DNA of 37,566 bases, taken from NCBI GenBank assembly GCA_965371685.1, contig CBDUZM010000001.1, positions 1 to 37,566 of the forward strand, read 5' to 3'. A program made the translations under genes and the position numbers. The notes below the pieces were generated by a model. It was given only the letters and a program-made list of their open reading frames with translations. It was not told the origin of the DNA and searched no databases. Below are positions 7,945 to 15,984 of the stretch, one piece after another. This stretch comes from an uncultured Spirochaetaceae bacterium (lineage in GTDB: Bacteria > Spirochaetota > Spirochaetia > SZUA-6 > CAZLRN01). Every line of letters begins with the position of its first letter. The first letter of the stretch is position 1.

Positions 7945-8964
7945 ATGTCACTAAAAATAAATTCAAAGGCGGTATCGAAGGCAAAGAGCCTGATCGCCGC
8001 CGGCAAGATAAACGAGGACGGCGCCTGGAGTTTCTCGGCGGCTGACGGCAATGCTCTTTTCAGCTCCGAGGGGGAAGACTGGAAGAAATACAGCGCCTGG
8101 TTTCTGGTCTACGACGATGAGGCTGACGAGGATACAAAGGCGCACTACAAGTATCCCTATGGAAAGGAGGGGAAAATATGGCGGCGAGCGGTCATCGCAA
8201 TCAAGCAGCGAGCCTCACAGAATAATTTTGATGCGCTGATGGAAACGGCAGACCGGCTCCTGAAAGCTATAGACAAGAAGCTGGGAAAGGACGAGGACTC
8301 TGCTCTGGAGACAGGAATCGAGCGACGTTATTATCCCATCCATGAAATGCGGGTTTCCAAGGGCGATGATGGAGAGATGATCATCGAAGGATATCCGATC
8401 GTCTACGAAAAATACGCCGACCTCTGGGGTTTTAAAGAGATTATCCGGAAGGGAGCGGCAAGAGAAGCGCTAAAGATCAGTAATGAGTTTGTGCTCTGGA
8501 ACCATTTGTCGGAACAGCCTATGGCTGGCAAAACAAACGGGACACTGGAGGCAAAGGAGGACGATAAAGGAGTTTTCATCCGGGCGGACGTATCAAAGAC
8601 GGTTTGGGGAAGAAACGGTTATGAAGCAATAGCAGCTGAACTCGTGGATAAGATGTCCTTTTCTTTCATTATCAGCCGGAAAAAAGGAGAGATATGGACG
8701 GTGGAAGAATTCGACGGGGTGGAGTGGGACGTTCGGGAGATTCTTAAATATGAGGAGATCTATGATTACGCGCCGGTAACATATCCGGCATACGAAGATA
8801 CGGAAGTCATTGCGCGAAGTAAACAACTGGCTCTGAGGAACAAGCCTGAGTCGGAGGCGTCCGACGAGGAGGCAAGCGGGACGCCGCTGGAAATCTATGA
8901 GGAAGCCAGGGACAACATCGCGCAGCGCAGAAAACTAAGCAAGGAGATGACAAATTATGGCTAA
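7945..8964 (+). CDS. Prohead protease (HK97/S78-like) with N-terminal extension
   Basis: IEGYPIVYEKYADLWGFKEIIRKGAAREAL core. Located between portal and capsid. Confidence 0.8.
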   Translation: MSLKINSKAVSKAKSLIAAGKINEDGAWSFSAADGNALFSSEGEDWKKYSAWFLVYDDEADEDTKAHYKYPYGKEGKIWRRAVIAIKQRASQNNFDALMETADRLLKAIDKKLGKDEDSALETGIERRYYPIHEMRVSKGDDGEMIIEGYPIVYEKYADLWGFKEIIRKGAAREALKISNEFVLWNHLSEQPMAGKTNGTLEAKEDDKGVFIRADVSKTVWGRNGYEAIAAELVDKMSFSFIISRKKGEIWTVEEFDGVEWDVREILKYEEIYDYAPVTYPAYEDTEVIARSKQLALRNKPESEASDEEASGTPLEIYEEARDNIAQRRKLSKEMTNYG

Positions 8965-10246
8965 AAAAACAGACATTAAACTTCTGATGAGGAAAAAGGA
9001 CGAGCTTCTCGCCGAACGTCAGAAGATACTCGACAAGAACGTTGAAGAAGAGCGAGGCTACACAGACGAGGAGCGGGAAGAGGTCAAGAAGCTCCAGACG
9101 CAGATCGCGGATCTGGACGAACAGATCCGGGAGGCGCAGGAGATCGAAAAGCAAAGAGCGGGGATCCCAGCAGACCAGCCGAAACCCGGCATGCCGACCG
9201 GAGATCCGGCAGCGTCAAAACCGGCCTTCAGGAACCTCGGGCATTTTGTGCGGAACATCTGGGAGGCACGGCATGGAAACATGTCGGAGGAACTCAGGGA
9301 GTATGCCAGGGCAATGGAGGCAGGTTTCAGGGCCATGAACATCTCCGACGGAACCTCCCTGGGATTCCTGATCCCGGACACCTTCGAAGCTGGCACGCTG
9401 CAGCTGGTCGGCCCCGGGGGCTGGATCCGGCAGAGAGCCCAGATCATCCCGGCCGGGGAATATCCGGACGCACGCTTTCGCAAAAGGGTGCTGAAGCAGG
9501 GGGCGGGCGGAGTTTACAGCGGCATCCTGGTGAACTATACCGGTGAAGGAAACGCCCCGGTGGACGAGAGCAAGCTTGAGTATTTTCTCTTCACCCTGGA
9601 TCCATCGGACAAGAAGATCGGCCTTTTCTACATCACGTCCGACGAGAGCTTGCAGAACCCGACAGCTGTCACGGCGGACATGGAAAGCTCTTTCCGGGGA
9701 GCCCTGGCCGAGCTCGAGGATGACCTGTTCATCAACGGTGACGGGGTGGGCAAGCCGAAAGGAATCCTCAATTCAAGTGGGATCCGGCTCATCGACCGGA
9801 ACACGACCCTCGATTTCAAGTTCGAAGACGTTCTCCAGATGGCCAAGTACATGTATCCCAGGGCGGTAAAACGCAACTGGGAGATCACCCTGGATCTCTA
9901 CGACAAGGTAGGGGGCATGGTGGACGCCGGGAGCCGATACATTATGATAACCGGAGACGCCACCAAAGGAATCCCGGACATACTGCACGGGCGCCCAATC
10001 CACTGGAGCGAGGCGCAGCCTGCGAAGGGAGTCCGAGGAGACGTCATCCTGGCGGACTGGAGTTTCTACTACATCAAGGACGGCTCAGGTCCTTTCTTTG
10101 CAACCGATCCTTACAACCGCTTCCTGGAGGGTGAGATCCGCGTGAAGATGACGGTGAAAATGGATGGGGACACCTGGGTGAAAGAGCCCCTGACACTCAA
10201 AAACGGAATGGAGGTTTCTCCATTTGTGGTACTGGAGGCGATATAA
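8957..10246 (+). CDS. Major capsid protein, HK97 fold, with coiled-coil delta domain
   Basis: Charged N-terminal coiled coil (~100 aa), then a capsid-like body. Position and size (429 aa) fit. Confidence 0.9.
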   Translation: MAKKTDIKLLMRKKDELLAERQKILDKNVEEERGYTDEEREEVKKLQTQIADLDEQIREAQEIEKQRAGIPADQPKPGMPTGDPAASKPAFRNLGHFVRNIWEARHGNMSEELREYARAMEAGFRAMNISDGTSLGFLIPDTFEAGTLQLVGPGGWIRQRAQIIPAGEYPDARFRKRVLKQGAGGVYSGILVNYTGEGNAPVDESKLEYFLFTLDPSDKKIGLFYITSDESLQNPTAVTADMESSFRGALAELEDDLFINGDGVGKPKGILNSSGIRLIDRNTTLDFKFEDVLQMAKYMYPRAVKRNWEITLDLYDKVGGMVDAGSRYIMITGDATKGIPDILHGRPIHWSEAQPAKGVRGDVILADWSFYYIKDGSGPFFATDPYNRFLEGEIRVKMTVKMDGDTWVKEPLTLKNGMEVSPFVVLEAI

Positions 10247-10987
10247 ATGAAACAGAGAATTACGGAAGAGATCAAAGTCGACATCGGATTGGTCGCCCAG
10301 GCGCTGAACAACACGAACGCCACGGGGAAGTACCATCCGATCAAAGATTACGCCGCTATAGCGGCAATCCTTTCAGGCGGCGCCATGGCGGCAACAAAGA
10401 CATCAAAGATCGAGCTTCTGCAGGCCTCAGATTATGCCGGCACAGGCTCCAAGGTTATACCCGCGGGAGGGCAGCTTGCAACGGCGGAGATTACAGCAAA
10501 CACCCTTGTGACTGAAATGACGATCACCCTCGCGACATTCCTGGCCACCGGCACGATTACTATAAACGGACTGGTTTTCACGGCTCATGCAACGGTTACC
10601 ACCGTGGCAGACAGGGAGTTCAGCATTTCCGGCGCCGACACGGCGGACGCGGTGGAGCTATGTGTCTGTATCAACGACCCGACCTACGGGGTTCCCGGGG
10701 TAACGGCGACCAGCGCACTCGGAGTGATAACGCTGGTGGCAACGGAACCCGGAGAAACGCTGATAACCGTGACCAGCGCCCCGGACGACGGGACCTGCGT
10801 GAAAGCCACCACTAAGGCGCAAGCCTATGTGGAGATAGATACCCGGAAGATCGACAAGAAAAACGGCTTCGATTACGTAGCGATCAAGATAACTACCACG
10901 GCCAACAGCAACGTGGCGGCGGCGCTTTTAAGGGGTAACGCCAGGTACTCGCCGGACCAGAAAGTCGGGGCATCGGCTACCATCTAA
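10247..10987 (+). CDS. Putative head decoration / auxiliary capsid protein carrying a ~102-aa insert domain
   Basis: Directly follows the capsid gene (TAA then ATG) and is followed by a strong terminator. Residues encoded by 10511-10816 are paralogous to 12075-12380. Confidence 0.5.
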   Translation: MKQRITEEIKVDIGLVAQALNNTNATGKYHPIKDYAAIAAILSGGAMAATKTSKIELLQASDYAGTGSKVIPAGGQLATAEITANTLVTEMTITLATFLATGTITINGLVFTAHATVTTVADREFSISGADTADAVELCVCINDPTYGVPGVTATSALGVITLVATEPGETLITVTSAPDDGTCVKATTKAQAYVEIDTRKIDKKNGFDYVAIKITTTANSNVAAALLRGNARYSPDQKVGASATI

Positions 10988-11017
10988 GCGGCAGGCGGTC
11001 CGAAAAGATCAAACCAA

Positions 11018-11045
11018 CCGGGGGCTTAGCCGCCCCCGGATTTTC
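11018..11045 (+). terminator. Intrinsic terminator after the capsid/decoration genes
   Basis: Perfect 8-bp stem CCGGGGGC/GCCCCCGG with a 6-nt loop, then ATTTT. Confidence 0.6.
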
Positions 11046-11059
11046 AGAAGGAGAAAGAT

Positions 11060-11632
11060 ATGCAAGTAGAAATAATCAAACGGTCACGATTGAACGGCCG
11101 TGACGTGGAAGCAGGTGAAGTCGTCGAGCTCAATGCCGCATTGGCGGTGGACTGGTTTCGGGCTGGAAGGGCAAGGAAGATGTCCCTCCCGGCCAAGCCG
11201 CCCAAAGTGGAGATCCAGCTAAAGGCGCTGGACGTTTACAGCCCGGAGGAACTCGGAAAGCTGACTGTAAAGAATCTCCACCAGCTGGCGAGACTCAACG
11301 GGATCGAGGTTTCAAAGAAAGCCGACAAACAGGATCTGATCGATCTATTAATAGAGAGACAGGAAGATGAGGGATCAGAAAAAGAAGCCGGAGGAGAAGG
11401 AGATCAAGGTACAACAAAACCAACAGAAGAAGGGCTTTTGGATATGAGTATGAAAAAACTACTTCAGCTGGCAAGGCTCAACGGGATCAAGGTTTCAAAG
11501 AAAGCCACAAAGATCGGGGTGATCCATCTGCTCATAGAGGCGAAGAGAAATGAAGGAACTGGAGAAGAATGCGATGAAGAAAAGAAAGATCCAGGAGAAG
11601 CCGAAGGAGAAAACCCGGCATCTTCCTATTGA
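11060..11632 (+). CDS. Protein with two Rho_N/SAP-like helix-extended-helix motifs and acidic linkers
   Basis: LTVKNLHQLARLNGIEVSKKADKQDLIDLLIE and MSMKKLLQLARLNGIKVSKKATKIGVIHLLIE. Good SD (AAGGAG). Confidence 0.55.
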   Translation: MQVEIIKRSRLNGRDVEAGEVVELNAALAVDWFRAGRARKMSLPAKPPKVEIQLKALDVYSPEELGKLTVKNLHQLARLNGIEVSKKADKQDLIDLLIERQEDEGSEKEAGGEGDQGTTKPTEEGLLDMSMKKLLQLARLNGIKVSKKATKIGVIHLLIEAKRNEGTGEECDEEKKDPGEAEGENPASSY

Positions 11633-11684
11633 AGAGGCGGTAAAGAAACCGCCTGAAAATATGGCCCGGCGATAGGAGCGTATA

Positions 11685-12572
11685 ATGGCCCTGGATGCAA
11701 ACGCCCTGGTGGATTGGACAAAGACAAAGGCATATCTCGCGCTCGACGACAGCAAGCAGACCTATATGGAACCGCTGATTAATTCGGTCTGCACCCAGGC
11801 GAACAACAAAACGGTAAGGCTGCTCAAGGCCCGGGCTTATACTTTGATACTGGACGGCGCCGGCTCGGACACTCTCATACTACCTCAATATCCGGTGAAT
11901 TTTATAACCAAGCTCTATTCGGATACCGAGCGAGTTTTCGGCGCAGATAAGGAGATCCTTAGCTCCGATTACGCGCTTTATAAAGAGAGCGGTGTCATCA
12001 AGCTATATTCGAAGAAATTCTCATCTAAGATCCAGACTATAAAGGCGGAATTCAACGCCGGCTTTGGACAGGTAACGGAGATGACGATCACCCTCTTGAC
12101 CTTTCTTGCAGACGGCATAATCACCATAAACGATCTGGACTTCAAGGCTCATGCAACGGTCACCACGCCGGCTAATAGGGAATTCAGCATCGCCGGCGAC
12201 GACACGGCGGATGCGGCGGAGCTGGCGACATGTATCAACGACGCGACCTACGGCGTTCCCGGAGTCACGGCTGCCAGCGCTCTCGGAGTGGTTAAGCTGG
12301 TTTCCACGGATCCGGATGAAACGGTGATCACGGTATCCACCGACCCTGATGATGCAACCTGCGTAAAGGCAACGATAAAGGAAATGGTGCCCGAGGACCT
12401 CCAATTTGCGGTGCTCGAAATACTCTCCTGGAATATGGCTCGCTTTGCTTCCGGAGGACAGGCAATAGGCGTCAGGAGCCGAACGGCGGACGGTGTGGAC
12501 ACGGGAATGGAAATAACCATTCCCCTGAATGCCCAGAGGACCCTCGAATTCTATCACAGGCCGGAAGGTTAA
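11685..12572 (+). CDS. Head-tail connector (gp6-like) with an inserted ~102-aa domain
   Basis: The N-terminus (VDWTKTKAYLALDDSKQTYMEPLINSVCTQAN) and C-terminus (VPEDLQFAVLEILSWNMARF) are gp6-like. The insert is shared with the 10247..10987 product. Confidence 0.65.
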   Translation: MALDANALVDWTKTKAYLALDDSKQTYMEPLINSVCTQANNKTVRLLKARAYTLILDGAGSDTLILPQYPVNFITKLYSDTERVFGADKEILSSDYALYKESGVIKLYSKKFSSKIQTIKAEFNAGFGQVTEMTITLLTFLADGIITINDLDFKAHATVTTPANREFSIAGDDTADAAELATCINDATYGVPGVTAASALGVVKLVSTDPDETVITVSTDPDDATCVKATIKEMVPEDLQFAVLEILSWNMARFASGGQAIGVRSRTADGVDTGMEITIPLNAQRTLEFYHRPEG

Positions 12573-12573
12573 A

Positions 12574-13029
12574 ATGATTTCTATTAGTCTTGACGACCAG
12601 GTTTCCCCGGCGCTGAAAAAGTTGATAAACGATATGCCCAAGGTAATAGATCATATTTTGAGGGTGATGTCGGAAGATTATATGGGACATGTAAAATCCC
12701 GATATCTGAGCGGCCAGGTTCTAAAGAAAGTGACAGGAGAGCTGATCGGGCGGTACAAAATAAAGAAGGAACGGAAAAACGTCTATTCGGTATATCCGGG
12801 CACATTGGGATACGTCAATATTTTTGAAAGAGGAGGAATCATCAGACCTAAGAAAGCAAAGGTCTTGAGATTCTATATCCAGGGAAAACCGGTGTTTGCT
12901 AAAGAGGTCTACATCCGACCGAGACCATTCATAGGGAAATCGGCAAGGGATTATGTGGCCAGCGGAAAAGGAATGCGAAAAGCCAACCAGATCATCGACC
13001 TGGAGATTGCAAAGAGAGGGCTCGCCTGA
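12574..13029 (+). CDS. HK97 gp10-like head-tail joining / tail completion protein
   Basis: TGELIG...YVNIFERGGIIRPKKAKVLRF...PRPFIGKS pattern. SD GGAAGG precedes ATG 12574. Confidence 0.55.
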   Translation: MISISLDDQVSPALKKLINDMPKVIDHILRVMSEDYMGHVKSRYLSGQVLKKVTGELIGRYKIKKERKNVYSVYPGTLGYVNIFERGGIIRPKKAKVLRFYIQGKPVFAKEVYIRPRPFIGKSARDYVASGKGMRKANQIIDLEIAKRGLA

Positions 13030-13514
13030 TGGGATCGACGACACCGATCGAGAACGCTCTCTATGGCCTGAAAGATTTCGTCGAGAGCAATATCGGAACT
13101 TATCTCGCGGCGATCGAAGCGGAGAAAGGAGACGGGATCTCGCTTCCTACATTCGCGATCTATGACCTGGGCTATAAGGATCCCTTTGGACAGCGCGATT
13201 ATCCGGTGATCTGTTTCGTGCCCGACGGCGTGGTGATCGAGCCGGAGAACCAGGCGGAGGATATCGAAATCATCGTGGACATGGTCTTTGCCCTAACTTC
13301 GAGCGATCCGGAAAATCCGATGATTGAGCTCACGAAAAAGCAGCTCCGCTATTCGGACGCGCTCCGGACGCTGATCGCCGATGACGCATCGCTCGGCGGA
13401 AAGGTGTCGATCGCTGATACAAACGGAGTGGAATTTTTTCCGGCGGATCCGGAAAATCCAAAAATAAACCTGACCATCATTGAGGTCAAAATAATAATAG
13501 AGGACATACTCTGA
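13029..13514 (+). CDS. Putative tail terminator / head-tail joining protein
   Basis: Called on position and size only (161 aa, between the gp10-like protein and the tail tube). ATGA-type overlap with the previous gene. Confidence 0.4.
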   Translation: MGSTTPIENALYGLKDFVESNIGTYLAAIEAEKGDGISLPTFAIYDLGYKDPFGQRDYPVICFVPDGVVIEPENQAEDIEIIVDMVFALTSSDPENPMIELTKKQLRYSDALRTLIADDASLGGKVSIADTNGVEFFPADPENPKINLTIIEVKIIIEDIL

Positions 13515-13527
13515 TAGGAGGAGAACA

Positions 13528-15195
13528 ATGCCTGCTGTAAAAAATGTTAAATATACGATCGGGGGGCCGGAGAGCACTCCCGGTGTGGCGGTAGCCAGGA
13601 CCCACGTGATCCCGATCCGGGGAAAGGGCGGCCTGGATAAGAGCGCAGAGAGAGGAGAGGACCCGGCTATAACGGGCGTTAACATGTCGGTGGGAGAACA
13701 CTTTCTCTCAGACGATGTGGGCGGACCGATTCCCCTGGCTATCCGCGCGACTCCCGGGATAGGAAAAATCTTAAAGTCTCTCCTGGGAACAGAATCTACG
13801 CCGGCGCAGATCGGCGCATGTATCCGACTCATCTACAAGGGATCGGAGAAGAGCTGCAAGATCATATCAAACACCACAACCGACACGCTGAAGTCTTATG
13901 TCGGGGTCAAGGGAAGCGAGAGTCTGGACACCGATTTCGGAACGGCAGGATCAATCGATCTTTCGGATCCCGCCTCCGACAAAGTCGGGGAGTTGGTGGA
14001 GGTCATCAACAACGTAGCGGACATCTACGCCCTGCTGAACGAAGCGAAGCTGGACTACGAAGCGAACAGGATCAACACAACCTCGCATCATGGAGAGGCG
14101 GACGCGACGAATGTGATAACAGCTCCGGATGCGGATACAAAAGCCAAGGCGATCACCCTCGCCAATGACCTGAGGAACCAGCTGAACGCACATATGGCTT
14201 TCATCGACAGCGTTCATACCGTCGCAGATACAACGAACCCGATCACTCTCGGAGCTTTGCGGGTAACCGCCACCTGGGCAGAAATAGCATTGCTGGCCAA
14301 TGCTATCAGGACGGCCTACGAGGCGCATAGACAGCTGGTTGACACCGTTCACGCTGGCGCCGATTCGACAAACACGATTACAGCGGAAGCGGTCAACACC
14401 AACTATTATTGCGAGAAACTTTTCGGAGCGGACGCGACGGACGCGGCGGATATCATCGACGTCACTCTTCAGGCAAAGGGCATGTATGCATCTCTGTGGT
14501 TCAGCTCGGCTGCTTCCGGCATCTACATGCGGCAATACACGCCGGACAATACCGACACCCAGCGGCCTACCTATTCGATTCAGAAAGACGGCTTTCACGA
14601 CAATTTTCTTTATGCCGGCGATGTCGTGGACACACTGAGTCTCTCGGCAGCGCTGAAGGGTTTCGTGGAAGGGGAATGTGCGGTCATCGGATTCTCGGAA
14701 GCCATAGGTCAGGGAGCTTCAGGCCTCACCCTGGAGGATATCGATCCCCTGGTATTCTACAAGGGATCTTTTACTCTTGGGAATCATACATACACTTTCA
14801 TCCGGAACCACAACCTGGCGATCGCTAACAACCATAATGCGGAAGGATATGGCCAGGGGACTCCCTCGCGGCAGTACCATCAGAAAGGATTTTTCGATAT
14901 TACCGGTGATTGCCAGCTGCGGCTCGATGCGGATTCCTATGCGGAAAGGGCGAAAGTCTTCGACGGATCCCTGGTAGGGATCTCCTTCTACTACAAAGGC
15001 AAAGAGCTGAAAACCGATATCCCGGAGCTCATGCTCGTGGAAATCCCCTATTGTTCGCTGCGGGAGCCGGACTGGCCTGAGACAAACGAACAGATCGACA
15101 TCAAGCTGGGATTCCGAGGCAACAATCCGAAGGGGACCCTATATAACAAACCGCTTACGATCACGATCCTGACCGACGACCCAGGCGCCTATTAA
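13528..15195 (+). CDS. Major tail (tube) protein with a central three-repeat helical insertion
   Basis: Immediately upstream of the G/T chaperone pair. Tube-like N- and C-terminal beta-rich regions. The internal repeat is A..L.N.....H......H..AD.TN.IT, three times. Confidence 0.6.
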   Translation: MPAVKNVKYTIGGPESTPGVAVARTHVIPIRGKGGLDKSAERGEDPAITGVNMSVGEHFLSDDVGGPIPLAIRATPGIGKILKSLLGTESTPAQIGACIRLIYKGSEKSCKIISNTTTDTLKSYVGVKGSESLDTDFGTAGSIDLSDPASDKVGELVEVINNVADIYALLNEAKLDYEANRINTTSHHGEADATNVITAPDADTKAKAITLANDLRNQLNAHMAFIDSVHTVADTTNPITLGALRVTATWAEIALLANAIRTAYEAHRQLVDTVHAGADSTNTITAEAVNTNYYCEKLFGADATDAADIIDVTLQAKGMYASLWFSSAASGIYMRQYTPDNTDTQRPTYSIQKDGFHDNFLYAGDVVDTLSLSAALKGFVEGECAVIGFSEAIGQGASGLTLEDIDPLVFYKGSFTLGNHTYTFIRNHNLAIANNHNAEGYGQGTPSRQYHQKGFFDITGDCQLRLDADSYAERAKVFDGSLVGISFYYKGKELKTDIPELMLVEIPYCSLREPDWPETNEQIDIKLGFRGNNPKGTLYNKPLTITILTDDPGAY

Positions 15196-15204
15196 GGAGG
15201 ACAT

Positions 15205-15732
15205 ATGGCAAAGCAGCCCGATCTCGGGGTAACGATCAAACGGAAGATCATGGGACCCAGGAGTGATCTCGAATCGCTTCCTGGCTTCTGGATCAAACCA
15301 ACGAAATATGGCTCCACAGGCGGAGAAGAAATCCAGGCGGTCCAGTTCAAGATAAGCAAAGGAGCTCGAAATCCTGTTGTCGCAAGATATGTGAAAAGGT
15401 TCCGGGCACAGGGAATTGAGAATCCAACGGTATCAGATATTGCCGACAAGCTGGACGACGAGGAGCTTGCCGAGCTCCTGAATGCGATGGGTTCGGTTGA
15501 TCCAAGATCGAATGCGGAATTGCAGGGGAAGACTATGCTGCACGGAATAGGTGAGCACAATTTCCGACAGGGTGGAAAATTGCTGAGCATCGAAGACGCT
15601 ATCCCTATCATCATGCAGGACATCGAGGCAGTCAAGGAAATAATCGACGTTATAGAAGGATGGAACCCCCCTTTAGCCCGAGAGTCGTCAGGGAAATCCG
15701 GGACGCAACAGAGTGGATCCACAAAAAAGTAG
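15205..15732 (+). CDS. Tail assembly chaperone (G-like)
   Basis: Lies between tail tube and tape measure, and ends at a slippery site. Confidence 0.75.
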   Translation: MAKQPDLGVTIKRKIMGPRSDLESLPGFWIKPTKYGSTGGEEIQAVQFKISKGARNPVVARYVKRFRAQGIENPTVSDIADKLDDEELAELLNAMGSVDPRSNAELQGKTMLHGIGEHNFRQGGKLLSIEDAIPIIMQDIEAVKEIIDVIEGWNPPLARESSGKSGTQQSGSTKK

Positions 15733-15983
15733 AGTTTCCGGAAGACGAAGAAGACAGAGAGTATCCGGACGGCTCGGACCCATATTATATCAGGAAGAAA
15801 TGGGAACCATGGATCACCGAATGCATAGAGCTCTTTCTCGATGCGGACGGCGCTTTCAGACGGTTCAAATACGATCTTTCCATAGACGAGTATCCCCAGG
15901 TGGACATCAAGATCTATCGGATCATCAGGGCACGCTACATTGAGATGAGAAATGAAGAAATTCCAAAAATAGGATCAAAGTAG
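15660..15983 (+). CDS. T-like extension of the tail assembly chaperone (expressed as a 15205..15729/15729..15983 -1 frameshift fusion)
   Basis: ORF in the -1 frame relative to G, with no SD/start of its own near the overlap. This is the classic G/GT arrangement. Confidence 0.7.
   Translation: MEPPFSPRVVREIRDATEWIHKKVEFPEDEEDREYPDGSDPYYIRKKWEPWITECIELFLDADGAFRRFKYDLSIDEYPQVDIKIYRIIRARYIEMRNEEIPKIGSK
15723..15729 (+). promoter_or_regulatory. -1 programmed ribosomal frameshift slippery heptamer A_AAA_AAG
   Basis: The zero frame reads ACA AAA AAG TAG. The -1 frame continues as KKVEFPEDEEDREY... to 15983. Confidence 0.75.
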
Positions 15984-15984
15984 A

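Noticed and set aside
11635-11654. Hairpin AGGCGGT-AAAGAA-ACCGCCT after the 11060..11632 ORF considered as a terminator
   Set aside because: No U-tract follows and the next gene starts 30 nt later. At most it is an attenuating or stabilising hairpin.
10511-12380. The two 306-nt paralogous segments considered as a DGR template/variable repeat pair
   Set aside because: The differences between the copies involve all four bases rather than being confined to adenine positions. No reverse transcriptase or Avd-like gene is present.
12021-14598. Long antisense ORFs within the structural genes (for example 12021..12641, 13293..13832 and 13951..14598 on the minus strand)
   Set aside because: They fully overlap well-supported + strand genes, lack SD/start context, and have Arg/Ser/Pro-rich compositions typical of antisense frames in GC-rich coding DNA.
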